NCBI GenBank assembly: GCA_035527135.1
Contig: DATLBD010000141.1
Location: 1-61,803 of the forward strand
DNA from: Methanothrix sp.
GTDB lineage: Archaea > Halobacteriota > Methanosarcinia > Methanotrichales > Methanotrichaceae
DNA: 61,803 bases
Direction: 5' to 3'
Below the pieces are notes generated by a model. That model ran no database searches and had not been told where the DNA came from. It worked only from the letters and a program-made list of their open reading frames with translations. Below are positions 30,465 through 41,669 of the stretch, in pieces. The position numbers and the translations under genes were made by a program. How positions within the stretch are numbered: the stretch's first letter is position 1; the number at the start of each line of letters is the position of its first letter.

Positions 30465-33400
30465 CTAGGCTATATCGCTGAGGCGAGCCTGAGTTAGATT
30501 GATGGCATACCTGGCGAATGAATTCTCTGGGTCCATTTCCAAAACCCCTTCAAAGGCGAGAAGAGCTTCTTGGGAGCGGTTTTGGGCCGCCAGGGCCAAG
30601 CCCTTGTAGTATTTGGCATCAATGTTTTGCGGCTGCAGCAAGACGGCTTTCTCAAAGCTCTGCAAAGCCTCATCAAGTCGGCCGATCTGGCTATGCGCCA
30701 GTCCCAGTCCCAGCCAGGCGGCAGCATCCTCCGGATTTTGCCTGGTCGCATTCTGAAAAGCTTCTGCCGATTGGCTGAAGCGGCCCAGAGAGTAGTACAC
30801 CTGACCCAGATTATACCATACCTCTCCATGAGAGGGATCGATCCGGCATGCCTCTTCCAGGCTGCGGGCAGCCTCATCGTACCGGCCAACAGCTGCCTGC
30901 AAGCTTCCCAAATTGGACCAGGCAGCATAGTTTCCTGGCTGTATGGATACCATCTCTTGGAAGCATTTTAAGGCAGAAGAGCTGTTGCCGAGAGCCGCTA
31001 GCGCCAGGCCCTTGCCAAGCAATGCATCGACATCAGATGAGTTCAGGCTCAGTGTTTTGTCAAAGAGCGGCAGAGATTTGTTGTACTCTCCCAGGGCGCA
31101 GAGTACATTGCCTTGCCCCCTGTAGCCGTGGCCGCTACTGGGATCAAATGCTGTAGCCAGCTCGTAATAGTAAAGAGCATCACTGTAGTTGCCCTTTTCG
31201 TAAAGAGCATCGCCCATGCCCAGGAGTGCAGCCGCATTTTGCGGCTCGATGGCAAGAGCCCGCTCGTAGCTTTGCAGGGCTAGATCTGCATCTTTGTCGC
31301 ATAGGAGGGCATCGCCCCTGCCCGCCCAGGCAGCAGTGTTATTTTCATCCAGTGCCAGGACCCTATCATAAGACTGCAGAGCTGATTTGCAGTCAGCCAC
31401 TACATAGTGAATCCTTGCCTCACCCAATAATGCTCGAATGTTTTCCCTATCGATTTGCAGTGCTTTCTCATACATTGGTTTAGCCCGGTCAGAAAGGCCA
31501 TTATGCAGGAAGATATCTCCCCTGCCAAGCAATGCCTGCAAGTTGCCAGGCTCCTGATCCAGGACACGGCCATAGGCCAGCAAAGCTCCGGCCAGATCAT
31601 TTTGCTCCGAGAGCACATCTCCTTTGCCCAGCAGTGCTTCAGTATTTTCTGGCTCCAACAAAAGAGCCTGATCATAGCACTGCAGGGCCTGTTCTGTCTC
31701 TTTTTGCAGATAGAGCGCCTCTCCTTTTCCCACCAGGGCAAAGACGCTTTTCGAATCCTGGGCCAGAGCATTGGCAAAGCTGCTTTGAGCTGATGGATAA
31801 TCATGCAGCGCCAGGTGGCAGTATCCATTGCCAAGCAGTGCCCGAAGATCATCTGGCTTCATTTTCAGAGCCTGATTGTATGCCTGCAGGGAGGAGTTGT
31901 AGTCCTGCCGGGCATAAAGAGCCTCAGCTTTTCCCAGCATTGAATCAAAATCTGTGGCGTTATGCACAAGTGCTTCTTCGTAGTACTGCAAAGCCTGATC
32001 GTATTCCTGGAGAGCGAGGTTTGCATCGCCCATGCCCCGCAAGGCAGAACCATTTCCGCTTTCCTTCTCCAATACCCGGGAAAAGCATTGCACTGCCTCC
32101 TGGTACCTTGCCAATTCCAGCAATAGGCTGCCTTTGCCGAGCAGTGTTTGTGTGCTATTGTCATCCAGCTTTAGCGCCTTGTCGTAGCTTTGCAGAGCGC
32201 CTTTAGAGTTTTGCAGCTTCTCTTGCACCTGTGCCTTTTCATTCCACAAAGAGATATCCTCCGGGTCCAGACGCAAGGCGGAGTCGATGAATAGCCCGGC
32301 CATTCTATATTTCCCAGTCAGGGACAGGATGCGTCCTTTTAATGCCAGGGCAGGGAGATTGGATTGATTTATCCGCAAAGCCTGATCCAGTGAATCGAGG
32401 GCCTCGGATTGCCTACCCAGACTAAAGAGCATATGTCCTTTAAGCTGCCAGGCCTCTGCCTGATTGGCGTCAAGCTCAAGGGATTTGTTGAGTCTATCCA
32501 GAGCAAGAGAATACGAGCCGTTTTTGCTATAGTTATCAGCCTGCTCTAAATAGTAGGAGTAATCGGAGATCTCCGGCTCCTTTTGCTGGACAGCGTCCTT
32601 CGGTTCGGCATCCCCTGATTTTGCCTCCTCCTTATCCGCGGCAGATGCTGCCGATGCTGCAGATACCTTCTCTTTTCCGGCCAGTGCGCCGGGATCCTGA
32701 GGCGAGAGGACAAGGGCAGTCTCATAACTCTTCTGTGCCTCTGAGAAGTGGTTTTCGGCTAGGAGCCGGTCTCCCTGGGCCGTCAGAGCCCTGACCCAAC
32801 CGGATACTGCTCCTTCGCTTTGGGGTGCAAGCCGGGAAGCATCCTCAAAATTATCAAGGGCCACGGATACGTTTCCTGCTGCAAGCTCTATTTCGCCCAG
32901 GCCCACCAGAGCCCGCGACTTGCCCACTTTGCTTATCTCATCTGATGAATTGCCGGCCAGGATCTCGTCATAGCAGGCCAGGGCTTCCTCAAATCTGCCC
33001 AGGCTGATCGAAGCTTCTCCTTTAAGCTGCAGAGCCTGGATATTTTGCGGATCCAGGGCAAGAGCATCATTGCTGCCAACATAAGCCGTCTCGAATTTTC
33101 CTTCCTGCAAAAAGGCCGAACTGCGGGCCAGTAGCACTTCAACCTGACCCGCTTCTCCGGCTGTGCTCCGGCCATAAAGGGAGGCGTTCTTGAAGCTTTG
33201 CAAAGCCTCGTCGTAGCTTTCCAGGGCAAGAGATGCGTTGGCCTTGCCCAGCCACGCCTCGGCAAGGCCTTCTTTCAGCGCCAGGGCCCGCTCGTAGCTG
33301 TCCCGAGCCTCGCCAAAATCCTCCGTCAGCTCTTTTACCCTGCCGTCCTCCAGCCAGAGCTGAGCATTCTTGGCATCTTTTCTTAGGGCATAGCTAAAGC

Positions 33401-33671
33401 ACAGCTCAGCCATCTTGTATCGGCCCAGCCGGGAGAGGGCAGCGCCTTTGCCGCCCCACGCCGATGCATTCTCGGGGTCGATCTTTATGGCGCGATCAAA
33501 GCTGTCGATGGCGCCCTGAAAGCTGCCATTTAAAAGAGATGCCTGGCCCATCTCTAGCCAGTAGGCAGCACTATCTTGAGCTGCGGTAGGTGCAGGAAGG
33601 AATAACAGCAGCATGCAAGCCAACATGGCGCAAGATGGCACCAGGGATGGAGAAGGAGGAGACTTTTGCAT
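30465..33671 (-). CDS. large secreted tetratricopeptide repeat protein
   Basis: Signal peptide (MLLLFLPAPTAAQ), more than 20 TPR units; likely start 33671 rather than 33875. Confidence 0.9.
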   Translation of the reverse strand: MQKSPPSPSLVPSCAMLACMLLLFLPAPTAAQDSAAYWLEMGQASLLNGSFQGAIDSFDRAIKIDPENASAWGGKGAALSRLGRYKMAELCFSYALRKDAKNAQLWLEDGRVKELTEDFGEARDSYERALALKEGLAEAWLGKANASLALESYDEALQSFKNASLYGRSTAGEAGQVEVLLARSSAFLQEGKFETAYVGSNDALALDPQNIQALQLKGEASISLGRFEEALACYDEILAGNSSDEISKVGKSRALVGLGEIELAAGNVSVALDNFEDASRLAPQSEGAVSGWVRALTAQGDRLLAENHFSEAQKSYETALVLSPQDPGALAGKEKVSAASAASAADKEEAKSGDAEPKDAVQQKEPEISDYSYYLEQADNYSKNGSYSLALDRLNKSLELDANQAEAWQLKGHMLFSLGRQSEALDSLDQALRINQSNLPALALKGRILSLTGKYRMAGLFIDSALRLDPEDISLWNEKAQVQEKLQNSKGALQSYDKALKLDDNSTQTLLGKGSLLLELARYQEAVQCFSRVLEKESGNGSALRGMGDANLALQEYDQALQYYEEALVHNATDFDSMLGKAEALYARQDYNSSLQAYNQALKMKPDDLRALLGNGYCHLALHDYPSAQSSFANALAQDSKSVFALVGKGEALYLQKETEQALQCYDQALLLEPENTEALLGKGDVLSEQNDLAGALLAYGRVLDQEPGNLQALLGRGDIFLHNGLSDRAKPMYEKALQIDRENIRALLGEARIHYVVADCKSALQSYDRVLALDENNTAAWAGRGDALLCDKDADLALQSYERALAIEPQNAAALLGMGDALYEKGNYSDALYYYELATAFDPSSGHGYRGQGNVLCALGEYNKSLPLFDKTLSLNSSDVDALLGKGLALAALGNSSSALKCFQEMVSIQPGNYAAWSNLGSLQAAVGRYDEAARSLEEACRIDPSHGEVWYNLGQVYYSLGRFSQSAEAFQNATRQNPEDAAAWLGLGLAHSQIGRLDEALQSFEKAVLLQPQNIDAKYYKGLALAAQNRSQEALLAFEGVLEMDPENSFARYAINLTQARLSDIA

Positions 33672-33960
33672 GGCAATCACTTGTTCTCCAGAGGATTGCA
33701 GATGGGATATATTACCAGCGCCTTCAGAGACGCACCTGGGATGCACCTTATGCGCCCATCGATAAATTATGCCTTTCAATTTCAATGAATGCGGCTCTAA
33801 TTTATCCTGGCCTTGAAGGTCCTCGAATTTATATACCCAACACCGCTCCCATGGGTAAACTAAATAAGATTGCAAAGCTAACTGATTAAAATATCTGATG
33901 TATCATCATTACCAAAATGTATTGCACCAGAGATGAGAATGCGTGTTAGGAGATGAAAAA

Positions 33961-35223
33961 ATGAAAAAAACGAATTCTAAGACGAAACTCTATTTAGCAA
34001 TAATAGTATTGGCAGCATCGATCCTTACCTTAAGCATAGCCTCTTTAGGTAACGATAATCATAAGAATATAACTCGAGATCTCATAGATTTAGTGGAGGA
34101 AAATCCGGAAATCGGGAACTTGCTGGAAGCATCCATCGCAGAAGCTAAAGAAATAAATCCCGATCCGAAAGCGAATCCCGTTCAGAGCTTGTCGGATTAC
34201 TATGATTTCATAGATAGTACATCCGAGCTCATCCCGCAAGATGTGCTTGAAAATCCGTCCAATCTCACACGTGACCAAATACTGCAAAGTATCTGTTACT
34301 TTTATTTCCTGGTTGACCAACCCCTGCCTGAATTAGAGAACAGGGGTCTGTACAGGAATACGATTCAGTACTATGAACCCTTTTCCTCATGGCTGCGCGA
34401 TTTTGCCGATACCTGGGGATTGTTCCTTGATACCGAAGAGTCATGGAACCAAACGATTTATCAGGAGTTTTATAACGACCCGAGCTTCGGTTTACAGAAC
34501 GGGTGGTATGAGTCCTCATCTAACTGGAACACGTTTAACCGATTTTTCTCCAGATACCTGGAATCGCCTGATGCGCGGCCTATCGCTTCGCCGAACAACA
34601 CGACAGTCGTTGTCTCACCGGCTGATTCCGTTCCTCAGGGAATGTGGGCTATTGACAACAATTCGACTATCCAGGTAGAAAACGAATCTGAAGGATTGGA
34701 AGTTAAACTTGTGCGTTATTACAATGTCGAGGATCTGCTTGGTGAGGACAGTCAGTACAAGGATGCCTTTGCCAATGGCGTGCTCACCCACACTTTCCTG
34801 AATGTAAATGACTACCACCGTTATCATTTCGCTGTTGGTGGAACGATTAAGGAAAAGAAATCCATAGTGCAAAATGTTGCTTTAGAGGTGGCGTGGAATT
34901 CAACCGAAGGCAAGTATGATCCAATCGATTCGACCGGCTGGCAGTTTTCTCAGACCCGTGGTTATGTAATAGTGGATACGGAAGATTATGGGCTGGTAGC
35001 ACTTATTCCCATGGGCATGGCCCAGGTCTCTTCGGTCAATTTTGAGGATGATGTTGAGGTGAATACCACTCATGAGAAGGGCGACATGCTCGGGTATTTC
35101 CTGTTTGGAGGATCTGATTTCGTTATGCTTTTCCAGGAAAGTGCCGGGTTTAACATGACAGCGACGTCAGGCAATCACATCCTCATGGGCGAGGAGTACG
35201 GGGTGATGAAGGGCATAGCCTAA
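33961..35223 (+). CDS. phosphatidylserine/archaetidylserine decarboxylase family proenzyme
   Basis: FNRFFSRYL..RPI, SPAD, DYHRYH, KGDMLGYFLFGGSD self-cleavage motif; N-terminal anchor. Confidence 0.85.
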   Translation: MKKTNSKTKLYLAIIVLAASILTLSIASLGNDNHKNITRDLIDLVEENPEIGNLLEASIAEAKEINPDPKANPVQSLSDYYDFIDSTSELIPQDVLENPSNLTRDQILQSICYFYFLVDQPLPELENRGLYRNTIQYYEPFSSWLRDFADTWGLFLDTEESWNQTIYQEFYNDPSFGLQNGWYESSSNWNTFNRFFSRYLESPDARPIASPNNTTVVVSPADSVPQGMWAIDNNSTIQVENESEGLEVKLVRYYNVEDLLGEDSQYKDAFANGVLTHTFLNVNDYHRYHFAVGGTIKEKKSIVQNVALEVAWNSTEGKYDPIDSTGWQFSQTRGYVIVDTEDYGLVALIPMGMAQVSSVNFEDDVEVNTTHEKGDMLGYFLFGGSDFVMLFQESAGFNMTATSGNHILMGEEYGVMKGIA

Positions 35224-35270
35224 ATACGCCAAAAAAAACTGGTAACTGGACCGAATTTAGAGGTAAAATC

Positions 35271-35337
35271 GCGGCGGCGCCCTGGATGCCAGCATTTTGC
35301 TGCGCGGGCAGCGCCGTCGCCGTTTTGCCACTTCGTC
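35271..35337. repeat. GC-rich palindromic dispersed repeat, copy 2
   Basis: GCGGCGGCGC/GCGCCGTCGC stem; homologous to 30384-30447. Confidence 0.55.
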
Positions 35338-35422
35338 ATTAAAGGACGAGTGGAGAGCTACGATCCGGATTGCTTGAATGCATCAGATTTTGGATTATCC
35401 TAAAGTTGCCGCTGCACAATTT

Positions 35423-35782
35423 TTATAATAAGATCACTTCAACAGGATCGCCATCTTTCAACCCCAAAGCCCGCAACTTTACGGGTGCTATGACCTCAAT
35501 CAGCTCCGCCGGATACGAGCTGCGCTCGGGCCGGACCACAGCGGCATCGATGCCGTTCAGCTTGATGCGGTAGCACTTGCACTCGCCAAAGCTCTTGCCC
35601 TCTTCCTGGAAGCCCTCGATCCTGATCGCCCGTGGGTCCGCCGGGAAGGGCTCCTCCAAGAGCACGTTCAGGGTGCCGGGAAAGGGGACAAAGCCCAGAT
35701 GATGCAAAAACTGGCGGCTGTAGCCCTCTCGAGAGATGAAGTACTGGCCCTGCCCCAGGCCCGCCGAAACTTTTCCTCGCAT
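35423..35782 (-). CDS. ribK: CTP-dependent riboflavin kinase
   Basis: GKVSAGLGQGQYF, PFPGTLN, RPERSSYP, EVIAPVKLR. Confidence 0.9.
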   Translation of the reverse strand: MRGKVSAGLGQGQYFISREGYSRQFLHHLGFVPFPGTLNVLLEEPFPADPRAIRIEGFQEEGKSFGECKCYRIKLNGIDAAVVRPERSSYPAELIEVIAPVKLRALGLKDGDPVEVILL

Positions 35783-35879
35783 GAATCCGATCTGCACTCT
35801 CCGAAATAGGCTCCTGCAATTATGATAACTGATCTGCAATAACTATATGCTCTTCTCGGTGATCTTAATGTTACGGTAG

Positions 35880-35987
35880 GGGGGCACGGAGTTGAAAAGG
35901 AGACCAGATCGGTGGTCCTTGTCCATCCTCTTTTTGTAGCAGCAATGAAGACGTTAGTGTCCAGTAAAAACCTTGTACTTCTCTCAT
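35880..35987 (-). pseudogene. PIN-domain (VapC-like) toxin remnant
   Basis: RFLLDTNVFIAA PIN N-terminal motif, out of frame with its ATG (35987) and truncated. Confidence 0.65.
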
Positions 35988-36219
35988 GTAGTCCTGTTGC
36001 CCTCTTCCTCGACATCCCTCTCAAGCTTATCGAAATCTACCTTTCGGGCCTCTTTTTTAACACCTTCCAATATGATTGGTCGGTCCTTCTTCTTCAGGAG
36101 TATCGAGTCGCTTGTGGCTTCGCCTACGACAGAATCGTCGCCTGAACTCATTTTAAGCATGGCTATCAAATAGGCAGGGGCACGATCCTGTCCTTTTCGT
36201 CAATCTTTGCCGTGGACAT
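35984..36219 (-). pseudogene. AbrB/MazE-like (VapB) antitoxin, frameshifted
   Basis: MSTAKIDEKDRIV (AbrB-like) stops early; continues in another frame LKMSSGDD..ILLKKK; ATGA overlap with the PIN remnant. Confidence 0.6.
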
Positions 36220-36615
36220 ACGCTTTTATTCACATTGTATTTAATCACTCGGCTAATGAATGATTATCAGCATTGCTGGGCACAATCTAGAAATCTAGTG
36301 GAACCTTGTTTCTGCCTGCTATAATTTGAAAATCTCATTAATATTATTGCCCATGTAGAATATCATGGCGAAAAATTTAGCTGTAACGCTTTAATTAAGG
36401 CGTTATTTATTTAATTTATATTTAAACTATCCGTTACATTCTTACAAGACTCGATAGCTTCAGCTGTTTATTCCCCAAAAAACGACATCAATAGGCAATA
36501 TTTAACCTGCATCCAAAAACGGAATGAACATGACAAATGCATGAGTAGTTGCTGAAGAATGGTTGTGAGCATCTTGCCAAAGATCCGGCAGAGAAGCGCA
36601 AGCCCTATAACCTAA

Positions 36616-36747
36616 TATCAATTATTAGCAAAAAAAGGATGTGCGAAACAAATAAACCAGAAGATAGAACCACAACCGGGATTTGGAGCAGCTTTAGGAA
36701 TACTGATTATGCTGGCGGCAGCCGGACTGATGAGAAGACATGATTAA
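36616..36747 (+). pseudogene. orphan PGF-CTERM sorting-signal fragment
   Basis: Frame encodes QPGFGAALGILIMLAAAGLMRRHD* with no ATG upstream of the motif after the in-frame TAA at 36613. Confidence 0.65.
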
Positions 36748-36846
36748 GGCAATGCACCCCATTTTTGCTTCCCAGTTTTCTGCTGGGATCGGTTTAATTT
36801 ACAAATACGATAGCTGTCAGTCAGTCAAAAGCTCAGGTTAGAAAAT

Positions 36847-37854
36847 ATGGGAAATATTCCTGAAGAAGAAGACAAGCGAAAGTCAAATGTAGCACTCCTT
36901 TCTGTTATTTCTAATTCAAGTCTGGTAATTCTCAAGTTGGTCGTAGGAACAATGATCGGATCGGTCTCCATTATCTCTGAGGCCATTCATTCATCAGTGG
37001 ACTTGCTTGCCGCCATTATTGCTCTCTTTGCCGTTCGGACATCCGGCAAACCGGCGGATGAAGACCATCCCTTTGGTCACGGCAAGGTGGAAAACATCTC
37101 CGGCACTCTTGAAGCGCTTTTAATCTTTCTCGCCGCAACCTGGATTCTCTACGAGGCTGCAGAGAAATTGAAAAATCCCGAGCCACTGCAAGAGGTGGGT
37201 TGGGGCATTGCAGTAATGCTTTTCTCTGTGGCGGCAAACATATTCGTATCCAATAGGCTCTCTAAAGTGGGCGATGAGACGGACTCGGTGGCACTAAAAG
37301 CAGATGCATGTCATTTGCGCGCTGATGTTTATACCTCTCTAGGGGTTTTTTGCGGCCTCGCCATCATTGTAGTTGGAGGACTGATTATACCGGATGTTAA
37401 CCTGCAATGGGTTGATCCGGCAGCGGCAATAGTAGTTGCAGTGCTTATCATCAAAGCTGCGTATCATTTAACAGTTGAATCCGCCCGCGATCTGGTTGAT
37501 GTGGGCCTGCCTGCCGATGAGGTAGAGGATGTCCGCAGACTAATATTGGCCTTTGCCCCTACTATCAGGGGAATCCACAGACTGCGTACGCGAAAGGCAG
37601 GCGCAAGTCGCTTTGTAGATTTCCATATGAGAGTCGATGCAACGATGTCCGTGGACGAATCACATCGCATTACGGATATGATAACCTGCTCGATAAAGGA
37701 GCGCTATCCAGGGACCACGGTTACTATTCATATTGAACCCTGCAATTGCGCTCTAGCTAAAGATGGATCATGCGGATGTTTGCTCTCAGAAGAGGCCAAG
37801 AGGGCATTGACGTCCAAGAAAAAAAACGGCTGCCAACTGCACAAAGGATCATAA
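36847..37854 (+). CDS. cation diffusion facilitator family transporter
   Basis: SEAIHSSVD, HPFGHGKVE, ADACHLRAD, C-terminal IHIEP; Cys-containing tail. Confidence 0.92.
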   Translation: MGNIPEEEDKRKSNVALLSVISNSSLVILKLVVGTMIGSVSIISEAIHSSVDLLAAIIALFAVRTSGKPADEDHPFGHGKVENISGTLEALLIFLAATWILYEAAEKLKNPEPLQEVGWGIAVMLFSVAANIFVSNRLSKVGDETDSVALKADACHLRADVYTSLGVFCGLAIIVVGGLIIPDVNLQWVDPAAAIVVAVLIIKAAYHLTVESARDLVDVGLPADEVEDVRRLILAFAPTIRGIHRLRTRKAGASRFVDFHMRVDATMSVDESHRITDMITCSIKERYPGTTVTIHIEPCNCALAKDGSCGCLLSEEAKRALTSKKKNGCQLHKGS

Positions 37855-37925
37855 GCAGGACAAAAAGAAATAAGCAAGTTTTTTGATCAATAAATATTAA
37901 AAAATAAAAAAATAGTATTTTCCTC

Positions 37926-39062
37926 TTAACGCAGGACTTTCTCTATCCTTTCCAGCGACTGTTTGATTCGACTTTGCGATATGGCATAAGAGAGCCGGAC
38001 GTAATTTGCGCCTCCCGGCCCAAAAGCCGATCCGGGCGTGGCAGCAATGAGAGCCTCTTTGAGCAGCCTATCAGTAAAAGCATCCCCTCCGCCAAAATGG
38101 GATACATCAGGGAAGACATAAAAGGCACCCCCCGGCATGCTGCACGGCATTCCCAAATCCTTCAGGCCAGCAGACAGCATATCCCGGCGCGTCCGAAACT
38201 CAGCTACCATGGATCCAACCTCATCTTGCGGTCCCTGCATCGCGGCAACTCCGGCGTGCTGCACAAATGTAGCAGCCTGAGAGACGGAGTGGGAAAGAAG
38301 TCTTATAACCCATTTCATAATTTCCTTAGGGCCTGTGAGATATCCCAAACGCCAACCGGTCATGGCATAGGCTTTAGAAAAGCCATTAATTGTCACCGTA
38401 CGATCCGCCATTCCCGGCATAGAACCTATGCTGATGTGCTCGTGATCGTAGACTATCTTCTCGTAAATCTCATCGGAAATGACGAAAAGATCGTGATCCA
38501 CGGCCAGGTCGCGAATCTCTTCCAGCACATTGCGGTCAAAAACGGCGCCGGTAGGATTAGAAGGAGAGTTGACTATGATGACTTTGGTCTTGGGATTAAT
38601 ACTAGCAGCAAGATCAAGAGGCATAAAATTCTCATCAACTTTTCCCCATGAAACTTGTGCTCCTGCAAAGGCCACGCTGGGCTCGTAGCTCACCCAGGAA
38701 GGGCCGATAAGAACGCACTCATCACCCTCCTGCAAGAGGGTTTGGATGGCGGCAAAGACGGCCATCTTCGCGCCAGGAGTTACAATGACATCATCCGGGG
38801 TAGATGGAATCAAATTTTTTCTGGTTAGCTTCTCTGCAATAGCCTGCCGGAGTTCCGGAATGCCGCCTGTTGGAGCATAATGGGTCTCGCCCATCTTGAT
38901 GGAATTGCAGCCAGCCTCGACAATATACTTAGGCGTATCAAAATCAGGCTCGCCCACGCCCATATCTATGACGTCCAGGCCGCCGGCAGCCAGCTTCTTG
39001 GCCATGGCCGAGATCTTCATAGTGGTTGATTCGTGGATGGAGGCCATCCGCGAAGAGACCAT
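37926..39062 (-). CDS. PLP-dependent aminotransferase class I/II (aspartate aminotransferase-like)
   Basis: GEPDF, NSPSNPTG, SDEIY, GFSKAYAMTGWRLG. Confidence 0.92.
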   Translation of the reverse strand: MVSSRMASIHESTTMKISAMAKKLAAGGLDVIDMGVGEPDFDTPKYIVEAGCNSIKMGETHYAPTGGIPELRQAIAEKLTRKNLIPSTPDDVIVTPGAKMAVFAAIQTLLQEGDECVLIGPSWVSYEPSVAFAGAQVSWGKVDENFMPLDLAASINPKTKVIIVNSPSNPTGAVFDRNVLEEIRDLAVDHDLFVISDEIYEKIVYDHEHISIGSMPGMADRTVTINGFSKAYAMTGWRLGYLTGPKEIMKWVIRLLSHSVSQAATFVQHAGVAAMQGPQDEVGSMVAEFRTRRDMLSAGLKDLGMPCSMPGGAFYVFPDVSHFGGGDAFTDRLLKEALIAATPGSAFGPGGANYVRLSYAISQSRIKQSLERIEKVLR

Positions 39063-39065
39063 AGT

Positions 39066-39476
39066 CTAAACGCCCCCCAGCCTCTGCAAAAGCTTGACCG
39101 CCGCCTCGACGGCTCGCTTTGCATAATCCACGCGCTTGTGGGCATCAGGCCGGGACATCTTGGGGCCTGTGATGCCGAGGGTTACCGGTTTATCAAACTC
39201 CAAAGACAGATCCATCAGCTTTCTGGCCGCTTGCGAAACCACAATTTCATCATGAGCGGTCTCTCCTTGAATCACGCAGCCGATTGTCACCACTGCATCG
39301 ATATCCTCGCGACGTAGCAGCTTCTTTGCAGCAATGGGCATGTCATAAACTCCAGGAACATAAACGACTGCAACGACCTCTGCACCCAGGAACTGGGCAT
39401 GCTCTCTGCCCAACAGCTCCATCTGATAAGTGATGTCCCGATTGAACTCCGAGACGACGAAACCAAGTTGTGCCAT
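39066..39476 (-). CDS. ribH: 6,7-dimethyl-8-ribityllumazine synthase
   Basis: [31 protein letters not shown]. Confidence 0.93.
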   Translation of the reverse strand: MAQLGFVVSEFNRDITYQMELLGREHAQFLGAEVVAVVYVPGVYDMPIAAKKLLRREDIDAVVTIGCVIQGETAHDEIVVSQAARKLMDLSLEFDKPVTLGITGPKMSRPDAHKRVDYAKRAVEAAVKLLQRLGGV

Positions 39477-39618
39477 AAGCTCCAAACCCCGTAAAGAATA
39501 GGCCCACCCCTCCTTCCTTAACTAATAAACCCATCGATTCTCAGGTCATCATAAGATCTTTCGCTTGAACGATCAAAACGCATTTATCCATGTCAGTTGT
39601 CCGATGATGAGATGCTCT

Positions 39619-40491
39619 ATGGACCTAATTTATCTTAACGGAAAGTTTGTTCCAGCAGAACAAGCTGCGGTTTCGGTCTTCGATCACGGATTTCTCTATG
39701 GAGATGGAGTTTTTGAGGGCATACGAGCCTATGGAGGGCGCGTCTTCCGGCTCGAGGACCATGTTAAAAGGCTCTTCGATTCGGCTCAAGCCATATTGCT
39801 CTGCGTTCCTATGAGCCAGGAAGAGATGTGCGAGGCCATCCTGGAGACACTGAGGAAGAACAACCTACGTGATGCTTATATCCGACCCATTGTCACCCGA
39901 GGTTCAGGTGATCTGGGCCTTGACCCCAATAAATGCAGTCTGGCCACGGTTATCATCATTGCCATTGAGTGGGGTGCAATGTACGGGGACCTTTACGAGG
40001 TAGGTCTTACGGCAGTCAGCGTCTCTGTGCGCAGAAACGCCCCGGATAGCCTGCCGCCCAACATCAAGAGCCTCAACTATCTGAATAATATCCTTGCAAA
40101 GATTGAGGCAAATATCAAAGGTGGCAATGAGGCCATCATCCTCGATTCCCGAGGATTTCTGTCTGAGGGAAGCGGAGACAATATTTTCATCATTAAAGAT
40201 GGAAAGATCTACACGCCGTATACCATAAATAATCTCAAGGGCATAACCAGGGAAGCAGTCATGGAGCTGGCCCCGGCTCGTGGCTACGATATCCTGGAGA
40301 GAGATTTAGGCCTGTTCGACCTTTACACGGCAGATGAGGTCTTCGTTACAGGCACAGCAGCGGAGGTTGCACCCGTAACCCGAGTCGATGGCAGGGTCGT
40401 GGGTACCGGCAAGCCTGGACCGGTTACAAGGGATCTCATGGCGGCCTTCAAAGAACTTGCTGGGACCACGGGCACAACTATATTCAAATAA
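39619..40491 (+). CDS. ilvE: branched-chain amino acid aminotransferase
   Basis: [34 protein letters not shown]. Confidence 0.95.
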   Translation: MDLIYLNGKFVPAEQAAVSVFDHGFLYGDGVFEGIRAYGGRVFRLEDHVKRLFDSAQAILLCVPMSQEEMCEAILETLRKNNLRDAYIRPIVTRGSGDLGLDPNKCSLATVIIIAIEWGAMYGDLYEVGLTAVSVSVRRNAPDSLPPNIKSLNYLNNILAKIEANIKGGNEAIILDSRGFLSEGSGDNIFIIKDGKIYTPYTINNLKGITREAVMELAPARGYDILERDLGLFDLYTADEVFVTGTAAEVAPVTRVDGRVVGTGKPGPVTRDLMAAFKELAGTTGTTIFK

Positions 40492-40637
40492 GCTGAGAAC
40501 TTGAGGGATTTTCCTTCAATTTTCCCTCTTATGGTACTTTTTTGGATATTATTTCTGACGAGTTTTAAAAACATTCGCGGCTGTGAAAGGATCTTTATTT
40601 CAGGATATACCCAATTGAGCATGATTTTTTTGCGGCA

Positions 40638-41036
40638 TCAATCAGCGATTATACGAACGAAAATACTTCTTCTTCTAGGACCATCAAATTCGAAGAAGAG
40701 AATCCTTTGCCACGTTCCTAGAGCCAGTCTCCTCCCTTCTACGGGAATTATGACACAATTTCCAAGCAAGGTTGCCCGCAAATGAGCATGTGCATTGCCG
40801 TCGCCTCGATCATGCTGGTAGCCAGCGCCCTTTGGAGCAATTCTCTCCAAGAGATTCAAGATATCATTTATCAATGCGCCGTCCGCTTCATTGACAGTCA
40901 ATCCTGTAGTTGTATGAAGGGAATAGACCAGGCAGATGCCTTTTTCTACGTTGCTCTCTCGCAAAGTCTGCTCAACATGATCTGTGATATCAACAACGTC
41001 CACTGATTTTCCGGTTTCAATCTTGATCATAATCAC
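40638..41036 (-). CDS. YjbQ/UPF0047 family protein
   Basis: HTTTGLTVNE, NAHAHL, LGTWQRI..EFDGPR. Confidence 0.9.
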   Translation of the reverse strand: MIMIKIETGKSVDVVDITDHVEQTLRESNVEKGICLVYSLHTTTGLTVNEADGALINDILNLLERIAPKGAGYQHDRGDGNAHAHLRATLLGNCVIIPVEGRRLALGTWQRILFFEFDGPRRRSIFVRIIAD

Positions 41037-41669
41037 ATATGCTTGAAAGATGAGAATTTAAGTCAAACGCATCAAAAAGGGATTGCATGATTATATGTGA
41101 AATGAAGAATAGCATAATCATTCTTGAGGATTTAGAAGGGAGGATCCGGGTTAATTCATCTTGAGGGGATGGATGATTTAAAAATCGCTTAAGAAATCCC
41201 GGACCCAAATTGTACTTATTGCCAATCATATATAAATTTTGCTGTATAACTTTTTGAGAATTTCAAATAGGAGTAATTTATCTTTATGCTTTGCCAGCGG
41301 ATTGAAAAAGAAAAAAGATAAAACTATAGCATCGTATAAAAATATCAGCGCTTTTTTGGATGGATGTTTCCCCTTTCTCACGCTGTATTAGCTATCGAGG
41401 AGGAAATAGTTAATTGAATTTCTTCGTCATTCATCAGATAAGATGATGAGAACTTTTAAATGAAAATATTAATAGAAAAACAAAATGTAAAATTAACTTA
41501 TTAAATATAAATAATTGAATGCCACAGTTAAATGAGAAAATTAAATGTGAATAGTTAAAACTTTTGAGTGGAAAATGTTGAATTAAAATGATATATAAAA
41601 ATTTAAAACACAATAAAAACTATCCAAATTAAAATTATAGGTATTATGTAATTTGAATAATTTGCTTGG

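Noticed and set aside
33672-33875. N-terminal extensions given by the ORF track (also 3011-3109, 17669-17821, 56481-56660)
   Set aside because: Downstream starts match SD sequences, signal peptides or family N-termini; the extensions overlap promoter or intergenic DNA.
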